DNA of 64,000 nt from Auanema rhodensis. Lineage: Eukaryota > Animalia > Nematoda. Positions 41,101 to 53,900 of the stretch are shown piece after piece. How positions within the stretch are numbered: the stretch's first letter is position 1; every line of letters begins with the position of its first letter. The position numbers and the translations under genes are program-made. Location of the stretch: positions 248,001 to 312,000 of the forward strand of contig OZ059895.1 of NCBI GenBank assembly GCA_964057225.1, written 5' to 3'. The notes under the pieces were generated by a model. It made no database searches. It was not told the DNA's origin and saw only the letters and a program-made list of their open reading frames with translations.

Positions 41101-44100
41101 GATATAAGTTCACACTTATATCCTCGATTTTCACCCTGAAGAATTAATTTTTTCGTTGAATAACATTGTCCATCGTCTTCGCCTTGAAAAATGGAATCTA
41201 AAAACATCTACTTATTGCTAAATTATTTTGAAATTTTTCGAAAAAATTTTTGTCAAAATGTTTTTGGAAGCATTGTTGAGTGTACATGGAAACTCAACAT
41301 ACACTAATGCATCATTTTTCAAACGATCATAACTAATTTTTGTATTAAGCGTTTCTCAATGTAGTATAGTGCATTCGATGCGGATTTTTAAGCTGCGTCG
41401 ATCTGTGTTATCAGATTTGCGCTAGCTTAAAAATGCACCGAGATATCAACTGATATAAGTTCACACTTATATCCTCGATTTTCACCCTGAAGGAATAATT
41501 TTTTCGTTGAATAACATTGTCCATCGTCTTTGCCTTGAAAAAAGGAATCTAAAAACATCTACTTTTTGCTAAATTATTTTGAAATTTTTCGAAAAAATTT
41601 TTGTCAAAATGTTTTTGGAAGCATTGTTGAGTGTACATGGAAACTCAACATACACTAATGCATCATTTTTCAAACGATTATAACTAATTTTTGTATTGAG
41701 CGTTTCTCAATGTAGTATAGTGCATTCGATGCGGATTTTTAAGCTGCGTCGATCTGTGTTATCAGATTTGCGCTAGCTTAAAAATGCACCGAGATATCAA
41801 CTGATATAAGTTCACACTTATATCCTCGATTTTCACCCTGAAGAATTGATTTTTTCTTTGAATAACATTGTCCATCGTCTTTGCCATGAAAAAAGGAATC
41901 TAAAAACATCTACTTTTTGCTAAATTATTTTGAAATTTTTCGAAAAAATTTTTGTCAAAATGTTTTTGGAAGCATTGTTGAGTGTACATGGAAACTCAAC
42001 ATACACTAATGCATCATTTTTCAAACGATCATAACTAATTTTTGTATTAAGCGTTTCTCAATGTAGTATAGTGCATTCGATGCGGATTTTTAAGCTGCGT
42101 CGATCTGTGTTATCAGATTTCCGCTAGTTTATAAATGCACCGAGATATCAACTGATATAAGTTCACACTTATATCCTCGATTTTCACCCTGAAGGAATAA
42201 TTTTTTCGTTGAATAACATTGTCCATCGTCTTTGCCTTGAAAAATGGAATCTAAAAACATCTACTTTTTGCTAAATTATTTTGAAATTTTTCGAAAAAAT
42301 TTTTGTCAAAATGTTTTTGGAAGCATTGTTGAGTGTACATGGAAACTCAACATACACTAATGCATCATTTTTCAAACGATCATAACTAATTTTTGTATTA
42401 AGCGTTTCTCAATGTAGTGTAGTGCATTCGATGCGGATTTTTAAGCTGCGTCGATCTGTGTTATCAGATTTGCGCTAGCTTAAAAATGCACCGAGATATC
42501 AACTGATATAAGTTCACACTTATATCCTCGATTTTCACCCTGAAGAATTAATTTTTTCGTTGAATAACATTGTCCATCGTCTTTGCCTTGAAAAAAGGAA
42601 TCTAAAAACATCTACTTTTTGCTAAATTATTTTGAAATTTTTCGAAAAAATTTTTGTCAAAATGTTTTTGGAAGCAATGTCGAGTGTACATGGAAACTCA
42701 ACATACACTAATGCATCATTTTTCAAACGATCATAACTAATTTTTGTATTAAGCGTTTCTCAATGTAGTATAGTGCATTCGATGCGGATTTTTAAGCTGC
42801 GTCGATCTGTGTTATCAGATTTGCGCTAGCTTAAAAATGCACCGAGATATCAACTGATATAAGTTCACACTTATATCCTCGATTTTCACCCTGAAGAATT
42901 AATTTTTTCGTTGAATAACATTGTCCATCGTCTTTGCCTTGAAAAATGGAATCTAAAAACATCTACTTTTTGCTAAATTATTCTGAAATTTTTCGAAAAA
43001 ATTTTTGTCAAAATGTTTTTGGAAGCAATGTTGAGTGTACATGGAAACTCAACATACACTAATGCATCATTTTTCAAACGATCATAACTAATTTTTGTAT
43101 CAAGCGTCTCTCAATGTAGTTTAGTGCATTCGATGCGGATTTCTAAGCTGCGTCGATCTGTGTTATCAGATTTGCGCTAGCTTAAAAATGCACCGAGATA
43201 TCAACTGATATAAGTTCACACTTATATCCTCGATTTTCACCCTGAAGAATTATTTTTTTCGTTGAATAACATTGTCCATCGTCTTTGCCTTGAAAAATGG
43301 AATCTAAAGACATCTACTTTTTGCTAAATTATTTTGAAATTTTTCGAAAAAATTTTTGTCAAAATGTTTTTGGAAGCATTGTTGAGTGTACATGGAAACT
43401 CAACATACACTAATGCATCATTTTTTAAAGGATCATAACTAATTTTTGTATTAAGCGTTTCTCAATGTAGTATAGTGCATTCGATGCGGATTTTTAAGCT
43501 GCGTCGATCTGTGTTATCAGATTTGCGCTAGCTTAAAAATGCACCGAGATATCAACTGATATAAGTTCACACTTATATCCTCGATTTTCACCCTGAAGAA
43601 TTAATTTTTTCGTTGAATAACATTGTCCATCGTCTTTGCCTTGAAAAATGGAATCTAAAAACATCTACTTTTTGCTAAATTATTCTGAAATTTTTCGAAA
43701 AAATTTTTGTCAAAATGTTTTTGGAAGCACTGTTGAGTGTACATGGAAACTCAACATACACTAATGCATCATTTTTCAAACGATCATAACTAATTTTTGT
43801 ATCAAGCGTTTCTCAATGTAGTTTAGTGCATTCGATGCGGATTTTTAAGCTGCGTCGATCTGTGTTATCAGATTTGCGCTAGCTTAAAAATGCACCGAGA
43901 TATCAACTGATATAAGTTCACACTTATATCCTCGATTTTCACCCTGAAGGAATAATTTTTTCGTTGAATAACATTGTCCATCGTCTTTGCCTTGAAAAAT
44001 GGAATCTAAAAACATCTACTTTTTGCTAAATTATTCTGAAATTTTTCGAAAAAATTTTTGTCAAAATGTTTTTGGAAGCAATGTTGAGTGTACATGGAAA

Positions 44101-47100
44101 CTCAACATACACTAATGCATCATTTTTCAAACGATCATAACTAATTTTTGTATCAAGCGTTTCTCAATGTAGTTTAGTGCATTCGATGCGGATTTTTAAG
44201 CTGCGTCGATCTGTGTTATCAGATTTGCGCTAGCTTAAAAATGCACCGAGATATCAACTGATATAAGTTCACACTTATATCCTCGATTTTCACCCTGAAG
44301 AATTAATTTTTTCGTTGAATAACATTGTCCATCGTCTTTGCCTTGAAAAAAGGAATCTAAAAACATCTACTTTTTGCTAAATTATTTTGAAATTTTTCGA
44401 AAAAATTTTTGTCAAAATGTTTTTGGAAGCATTGTTGAGTGTACATGGAAACTCAACATACACTAATGCATCATTTTTCAAACGATCATAATTAATTTTT
44501 GTATTAAGCGTTTCTCAATGTAGTATAGTGCATTCGATGCGGATTTTTAAGCTGCGTCGATCTGTGTTATCAGATTTGCGCTAGCTTAAAAATGCACCGA
44601 GATATCAACTGATATAAGTTCACACTTATATCCTCGATTTTCACCCTGAAGAATTAATTTTTTCGTTGAATAACATTGTCCATCGTCTTCGCCTTGAAAA
44701 ATGGAATCTAAAAACATCTACTTATTGCTAAATTATTTTGAAATTTTTCGAAAAAATTTTTGTCAAAATGTTTTTGGAAGCATTGTTGAGTGTACATGGA
44801 AACTCAACATACACTAATGCATCATTTTTCAAACGATCATAACTAATTTTTGTATTAAGCGTTTCTCAATGTAGTATAGTGCATTCGATGCAGATTTTTA
44901 AGCTGCGTCGATCTGTGTTATCAGATTTGCGCTAGCTTAAAAATGCACCGAGATATCAACTGATATAAGTTCACACTTATATCCTCGATTTTCACCCTGA
45001 AGGAATAATTTTTTCGTTGAATAACATTGTCCATCGTCTTTGCCTTGAAAAAAGGAATCTAAAAACATCTACTTTTTGCTAAATTATTTTGAAATTTTTC
45101 GAAAAAATTTTTGTCAAAATGTTTTTGGAAGCATTGTTGAGTGTACATGGAAACTCAACATACACTAATGCATCATTTTTCAAACGATCATAATTAATTT
45201 TTGTATTAAGCGTTTCTCAATGTAGTATAGTGCATTCGATGCGGATTTTTAAGCTGCGTCGATCTGTGTTATCAGATTTGCGCTAGCTTAAAAATGCACC
45301 GAGATATCAACTGATATAAGTTCACACTTATATCCTCGATTTTCACCCTGAAGAATTAATTTTTTCGTTGAATAACATTGTCCATCGTCTTTGCCTTGAA
45401 AAAAGGAATCTAAAAACATCTACTTTTTGCTAAATTATTTTGAAATTTTTCGAAAAAATTTTTGTCAAAATGTTTTTGGAAGCATTGTTGAGTGTACATG
45501 GAAACTCAACATACACTAATGCATCATTTTTCAAACGATCATAATTAATTTTTGTATTAAGCGTTTCTCAATGTAGTATAGTGCATTCGATGCGGATTTT
45601 TAAGCTGCGTCGATCTGTGTTATCAGATTTGCGCTAGCTTAAAAATGCACCGAGATATCAACTGATATAAGTTCACACTTATATCCTCGATTTTCACCCT
45701 GAAGAATTAATTTTTTCGTTGAATAACATTGTCCATCGTCTTCGCCTTGAAAAATGGAATCTAAAAACATCTACTTATTGCTAAATTATTTTGAAATTTT
45801 TCGAAAAAATTTTTGTCAAAATGTTTTTGGAAGCATTGTTGAGTGTACATGGAAACTCAACATACACTAATGCATCATTTTTCAAACGATCATAACTAAT
45901 TTTTGTATTAAGCGTTTCTCAATGTAGTATAGTGCATTCGATGCGGATTTTTAAGCTGCGTCGATCTGTGTTATCAGATTTGCGCTAGCTTAAAAATGCA
46001 CCGAGATATCAACTGATATAAGTTCACACTTATATCCTCGATTTTCACCCTGAAGAATTAATTTTTTCTTTGAATAACATTGTCCATCGTCTTTGCCATG
46101 AAAAAAGGAATCTAAAAACATCTACTTTTTGCTAAATTATTTTGAAATTTTTCGAAAAAATTTTTGTCAAAATGTTTTTGGAAGCATTGTTGAGTGTACA
46201 TGGAAACTCAACATACACTAATGCATCATTTTTCAAACGATCATAACTAATTTTTGTATCAAGCGTTTCTCAATGTAGTTTAGTGCATTCGATGCGGATT
46301 TTTAAGCTGCGTCGATCTGTGTTATCAGATTTGCGCTAGCTTAAAAATGCACCGAGATATCAACTGATATAAGTTCACACTTATATCCTCGATTTTCACC
46401 CTGAAGGAATAATTTTTTCGTTAAATAACATTGTCCATTGTCTTTGCCTTGAAAAATGGAATCTAAAAACATCTACTTTTTGCTAAATTATTTTGAAATT
46501 TTTCGAAAAAATTTTTGTCAAAATGTTTTTGGAAGCATTGTTGAGTGTACATGGAAACTCAACATACACTAATGCATCATTTTTCAAACGATCATAACTA
46601 ATTTTTGTATTAAGCGTTTCTCAATGTAGTATAGTGCATTCGATGCGGATTTTTAAGCTGCGTCGATCTGTGTTATCAGATTTGCGCTAGCTTAAAAATG
46701 CACCGAGATATCAACTGATATAAGTTCACACTTATATCCTCGATTTTCACCCTGAAGGAATAATTTTTTCGTTGAATAACATTGTCCATCGTCTTTGCCT
46801 TGAAAAATGGAATCTAAAAACATCTACTTTTTGCTAAATTATTTTGAAATTTTTCGAAAAAATTTTTGTCAAAATGTTTTTGGAAGCATTGTTGAGTGTA
46901 CATGGAAACTCAACATACACTAATGCATCATTTTTCAAACGATCATAACTAATTTTTGTATTAAGCGTTTCTCAATGTAGTATAGTGCATTCGATGCGGA
47001 TTTTTAAGCTGCGTCGATCTGTGTTATCAGATTTCCGCTAGTTTATAAATGCACCGAGATATCAACTGATATAAGTTCACACTTATATCCTCGATTTTCA

Positions 47101-50100
47101 CCCTGAAGGAATAATTTTTTCGTTGAATAACATTGTCCATCGTCTTTGCCTTGAAAAATGGAATCTAAAAACATCTACTTTTTGCTAAATTATTTTGAAA
47201 TTTTTCGAAAAAATTTTTGTCAAAATGTTTTTGGAAGCATTGTTGAGTGTACATGGAAACTCAACATACACTAATGCATCATTTTTCAAACGATCATAAC
47301 TAATTTTTGTATTAAGCGTTTCTCAATGTAGTGTAGTGCATTCGATGCGGATTTTTAAGCTGCGTCGATCTGTGTTATCAGATTTGCGCTAGCTTAAAAA
47401 TGCACCGAGATATCAACTGATATAAGTTCACACTTATATCCTCGATTTTCACCCTGAAGAATTAATTTTTTCGTTGAATAACATTGTCCATCGTCTTTGC
47501 CTTGAAAAAAGGAATCTAAAAACATCTACTTTTTGCTAAATTATTTTGAAATTTTTCGAAAAAATTTTTGTCAAAATGTTTTTGGAAGCAATGTCGAGTG
47601 TACATGGAAACTCAACATACACTAATGCATCATTTTTCAAACGATCATAACTAATTTTTGTATTAAGCGTTTCTCAATGTAGTGTAGTGCATTCGATGCG
47701 GATTTTTAAGCTGCGTCGATCTGTGTTATCAGATTTGCGCTAGCTTAAAAATGCACCGAGATATCAACTGATATAAGTTCACACTTATATCCTCGATTTT
47801 CACCCTGAAGAATTAATTTTTTCGTTGAATAACATTGTCCATCGTCTTTGCCTTGAAAAAAGGAATCTAAAAACATCTACTTTTTGCTAAATTATTTTGA
47901 AATTTTTCGAAAAAATTTTTGTCAAAATGTTTTTGGAAGCAATGTCGAGTGTACATGGAAACTCAACATACACTAATGCATCATTTTTCAAACGATCATA
48001 ACTAATTTTTGTATTAAGCGTTTCTCAATGTAGTATAGTGCATTCGATGCGGATTTTTAAGCTGCGTCGATCTGTGTTATCAGATTTGCGCTAGCTTAAA
48101 AATGCACCGAGATATCAACTGATATAAGTTCACACTTATATCCTCGATTTTCACCCTGAAGAATTAATTTTTTCGTTGAATAACATTGTCCATCGTCTTT
48201 GCCTTGAAAAATGGAATCTAAAAACATCTACTTTTTGCTAAATTATTCTGAAATTTTTCGAAAAAATTTTTGTCAAAATGTTTTTGGAAGCAATGTTGAG
48301 TGTACATGGAAACTCAACATACACTAATGCATCATTTTTCAAACGATCATAACTAATTTTTGTATCAAGCGTCTCTCAATGTAGTTTAGTGCATTCGATG
48401 CGGATTTCTAAGCTGCGTCGATCTGTGTTATCAGATTTGCGCTAGCTTAAAAATGCACCGAGATATCAACTGATATAAGTTCACACTTATATCCTCGATT
48501 TTCACCCTGAAGAATTATTTTTTTCGTTGAATAACATTGTCCATCGTCTTTGCCTTGAAAAATGGAATCTAAAAACATCTACTTTTTGCTAAATTATTTT
48601 GAAATTTTTCGAAAAAATTTTTGTCAAAATGTTTTTGGAAGCATTGTTGAGTGTACATGGAAACTCAACATACACTAATGCATCATTTTTCAAACGATCA
48701 TAACTAATTTTTGTATCAAGCGTTTCTCAATGTAGTTTAGTGCATTCGATGCGGATTTTTAAGCTGCGTCGATCTGTGTTATCAGATTTGCGCTAGCTTA
48801 AAAATGCACCGAGATATCAACTGATATAAGTTCACACTTATATCCTCGATTTTCACCCTGAAGGAATAATTTTTTCGTTGAATAACATTGTCCATCGTCT
48901 TTGCCTTGAAAAATGGAATCTAAAAACATCTACTTTTTGCTAAATTATTCTGAAATTTTTCGAAAAAATTTTTGTCAAAATGTTTTTGGAAGCAATGTTG
49001 AGTGTACATGGAAACTCAACATACACTAATGCATCATTTCTCAAACGATCATAACTAATTTTTGTATCAAGCGTTTCTCAATGTAGTTTAGTGCATTCGA
49101 TGCGGATTTTTAAGCTGCGTCGATCTGTGTTATCAGATTTGCGCTAGCTTAAAAATGCACCGAGATATCAACTGATATAAGTTCACACTTATATCCTCGA
49201 TTTTCACCCTGAAGGAATAATTTTTTCGTTGAATAACATTGTCCATCGTCTTTGCCTTGAAAAATGGAATCTAAAAACATCTACTTTTTGCTAAATTATC
49301 CTGAAATTTTTCGAAAAAATTTTTGTCAAAATGTTTTTGGAAGCAATGTTGAGTGTACATGGAAACTCAACATACACTAATGCATCATTTTTCAAAGGAT
49401 CATAACTAATTTTTGTATTAAGCGTTTCTCAATGTAGTATAGTGCATTCGATGCGGATTTTTAAGCTGCGTCGATCTGTGTTATCAGATTTGCGCTAGCT
49501 TAAAAATGCACCGAGATATCAACTGATATAAGTTCACACTTATATCCTCGATTTTCACCCTGAAGAATTAATTTTTTCGTTGAATAACATTGTCCATCGT
49601 CTTTGCCTTGAAAACTGGAATCTAAAAACATCTACTTTTTGCTAAATTATTATGAAATTGTTCGAAAAAATTTTTGTCAAAATGTTTTTGGAAGCAATAT
49701 TGAGTGTACATGGAAACTCAACATACACTAATGCATCATTTTTCAAACGATCATAACTAATTTTTGTATTAAGCGTTTCTCAATGTAGTATAGTGCATTC
49801 GATGCGGATTTTTAAGCTGCGTCGATCTGTGTTATCAGATTTGCGCTAGCTTAAAAATACACCGAGATATCAACTGATATAAGTTCACACTTATATCCTC
49901 GATTTTCACCCTGAAGAATTAATTTTTTCGTTGAATAACATTGTCCATCGTCTTTGCCTTGAAAAATGGAATCTAAAAACATCTACTTTTTGCTAAATTA
50001 TTTTGAAATTTTTTGAAAAAATTTTTGTCAAAATGTTTTTGGAAGCATTGTTGAGTGTACATGGAAACTCAACATACACTAATGCATCATTTTTCAAACG

Positions 50101-50979
50101 ATCATAACTAATTTTTGTATCAAACGTTTCTCAATGTAGTGTAGTGCATTCGATGCGGATTTTTAAGCTGCGTCGATCTGTGTTATCAGATTTGCGCTAG
50201 CTTAAAAATGCACCGAGATATCAACTGATATAAGTTTACACTTATATCCTCGATTTTCACCCTGAAGAATTAATTTTTTCGCTGAATAACATTGTCCATC
50301 GTCTTTGCCTTGAAAAATGGAATCTAAAAACATCTACTTTTTGCTAAATTATTTTGAAATTTTTCGAAAAAATTTTTGTCAAAATGTTTTTGGAAGCATT
50401 GTTGAGTGTACATGGAAACTCAACATACACTAATGCATCATTTTTCAAAGGATCATAACTAATTTTTGTATTAAGCGTTTCTCAATGTAGTATAGTGCAT
50501 TCGATGCGGATTTTTAAGCTGCGTCGATCTGTGTTATCAGATTTGCGCTAGCTTAAAAATGCACCGAGATATCAACTGATATAAGTTCACACTTATATCC
50601 TCGATTTTCACCCTGAAGGAATAATTTTTTCGTTGAATAACATTGTCCATCGTCTTTGCCTTGAAAAATGGAATCTAAAAACATCTACTTTTTGCTAAAT
50701 TATTTTGAAATTTTTCGAAAAAATTTTTGTCAAAATGTTTTTGGAAGCAATGTTGAGTGTACATGGAAACTCAACATACACTAATGCATCATTTTTCAAA
50801 CGATCATAACTAATTTTTGTATTAAGCGTTTCTCAATGTAGTATAGTGCATTCGATGCGGATTTTTAAGCTGCGTCGATCTGTGTTATCAGATTTGCGCT
50901 AGCTTAAAAATGCACCGAGATATCAACTGATATAAGTTCACACTTATATCCTCGATTTTCACCCTGAAGAATTAATTTT

Positions 50980-50993
50980 TTCGTTGCATCGAA
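50980..50993. other. Strand-switch (inversion) junction within the satellite array
   Basis: Forward ...AATTTTTTCGTTG (monomer position 205) runs directly into GCATCGAATGCACTATACTAC... (reverse complement starting at monomer position 77). The G at 50986 is shared and no bases are inserted. Confidence 0.97.
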
Positions 50994-53900
50994 TGCACTA
51001 TACTACATTGAGAAACGCTTAATACACAAATTAGTTATGATCGTTTGAAAAATGATGCATTAGTGTATGTTGAGTTTCCATGTACACTCAACATTGCTTC
51101 CAAAAACATTTTGACAAAAATTTTTTCGAAAAATTTCAAAATAATTTAGCAAAAAGTAGATGTTTTTAGATTCCATTTTTCAAGGCAAAGACGATGGACA
51201 ATGTTATTCAACGAAAAAATTAAATATTCAGGGTGAAAATCGAGGATATAAGTGTGAACGTATATCAGTTGATATCTCGGTGCATTTTTAAGCTAGCGCA
51301 AATCTGATAACACAGATCGACGCAGCTTAAAAATCCGCATCGAATGCACTATACTACATTGAGAAACGCTTAATACACAAATTAGTTATGATCGTTTGAA
51401 AAATGATGCATTAGTGTATGTTGAGTTTCCATGTACACTCAACATTGCTTCCAAAAACATTTTGACAAAAATTTTTTCGAAAAATTTCAAAATAATTTAG
51501 CAAAAAGTAGATGTTTTTAGATTCCATTTTTCAAGGCAAAGACGATGGACAATGTTATTCAACGAAAAAATTAATTATTCAGGGTGAAAATCGAGGATAT
51601 AAGTGTGAACTTATATCAGTTGATATCTCGGTGCATTTTCAAGCTAGCGCAAATCTGATAACACAGATCGACGCAGCTTAAAAATCCGCATCGAATGCAC
51701 TATACTACATTGAGGAACGCTTGATACAAAAATTAGTTATGATTGTTTGAAAAATGATGCATTAGTGTATGTTGAGTTTCCATGTACACTCAACATTGCT
51801 TCCAAAAACATTTTGACAAAAATTTTTTCGAAAAATTTCAAAATAATTTAGCAAAAAGTAGATGTTTTTAGATTTTTTTTTTCAAGGCAAAGACGATGGA
51901 CAATGCTATTCAACGAAAAAATTAATTCTTCAGGGTGAAAATCGAGGATATAAGTGTGAACTTATATCAGTTGATATCTCGGTGCATTTTTGAGCTAGCG
52001 CAAATCTGATAACACAGATCGACGCAGCTTAAAAATCCGCATCGAATGCACTATACTGCATTGAAAAACGCTTGATACAAAAATTAGTTATGATTGTTTG
52101 AAAAATGATGCATTAGTGTATGTTGAGTTTCCATGTACACTCAACATTGCTTCCAAAAACATTTTGACAAAAATTTTTTCGAAAAATTTCAAAATAATTT
52201 AGCAAAAAGTAGATGTTTTTAGATTCCTTTTTTTAAGGCAAAGACGATGGACAATGTTATTCAACGAAAAAATTAATTCTTCAGGGTGAAAATCGAGGAT
52301 ATAAGTGTGAACTTATATCAGTTGATATCTCGGTGCATTTTTAAGCTAGCGCAAATCTGATAACACAGATCGACGCAGCTTAAAAATCCGCATCGAATGC
52401 ACTATACTACATCGAGAAACGCTTGATACAAAAATTAGTTATGATCGTTTGAAAAATGATGCATTAGTGTATGTTGAGTTTCCATGTACACTCAACATTG
52501 CTTCCAAAAACATTTTGACAAAAATTTTTTCGAAAAATTTCAAAATAATTTAGCAAAAAGTAGATGTTTTTAGATTCCATTTTTCAAGGCAAAGACGATA
52601 GACAATGTTATTCAACGAAAAAATTAATTCTTCAGGGTGAAAATCGAGGATATAAGTGTTAACTTATATCAGTTGATATCTCGGTGCATTTTTAAGCTAG
52701 CGCAAATCTGATAACACAGATCGACGCAGCTTAAAAATCCGCATCGAATGCACTATACTACATTGAGAAACGCTTGATACAAAAATTAGTTATGATTGTT
52801 TGAAAAATGATGCATTAGTGTATGTTGAGTTTCCATGTACACTCAACATTGCTTCCAAAAACATTTTGACAAAAATTTTTTCGAAAAATTTCAAAATAAT
52901 TTAGCAAAAAGTAGATGTTTTTAGATTCCTTTTCTTAAGGCAAAGACGATGGACAATGTTATTCAACGAAAAAATTAATTCTTCAGGGTGAAAATCGAGG
53001 ATATAAGTGTGAACTTATATCAGTTGATATCTCGGTGCATTTTTAAGCTAGCGCAAATCTGATAACACAGATCGACGCAACTTAAAAATCCGCATCGAAT
53101 GCACTATACTACATCGAGAAACGCTTGATACAAAAATTAGTTATGATCGTTTGAAAAATGATGCATTAGTGTATGTTGAGTTTCCATGTACACTCAACAT
53201 TGCTTCCAAAAACATTTTGACAAAAATTTTTTCGAAAAATTTCAAAATAATTTAGCAAAAAGTAGATGTTTTTAGATTCCTTTTCTTAAGGCAAAGACGA
53301 TGGACAATGTTATTCAACGAAAAAATTAATTCTTCAGGGTGAAAATCGAGGATATAAGTGTGAACTTATATCAGTTGATATCTCGGTGCATTTTTAAGCT
53401 AGCGCAAATCTGATAACACAGATCGACGCAACTTAAAAATCCGCATCGAATGCACTATACTACATCGAGAAACGCTTGATACAAAAATTAGTTATGATCG
53501 TTTGAAAAATGATGCATTAGTGTATGTTGAGTTTCCATGTACACTCAACATTGCTTCCAAAAACATTTTGACAAAAATTTTTTCGAAAAATTTCAAAATA
53601 ATTTAGCAAAAAGTAGATGTTTTTAGATTCCTTTTCTTAAGGCAAAGACGATGGACAATGTTATTCAACGAAAAAATTAATTCTTCAGGGTGAAAATCGA
53701 GGATATAAGTGTGAACTTATATCAGTTGATATCTCGGTGCATTTTTAAGCTAGCGCAAATCTGATAACACAGATCGACGCAACTTAAAAATCCGCATCGA
53801 ATGCACTATACTATATCGAGAAACGCTTGATACAAAAATTAGTTATGATCGTTTGAAAAATGATGCATTAGTGTATGTTGAGTTTCCATGTACACTCAAC

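Larger units (their letters stand above)
1..50986 (+). repeat. Satellite DNA array, 351-bp monomer, forward block (145 complete monomers plus a 205-bp partial; open at window start)
   Basis: TAATGCATCATTTTTCAAACG recurs at 1, 352, 703 and in phase at 3511, 7021, 14041, 21061, 28081 and 32293 (1+351k). The last monomer start, 50782, equals 1+145x351-3x38, so three 38-bp deletions account for all net length change. Copies differ by only a few substitutions. Confidence 0.99.
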
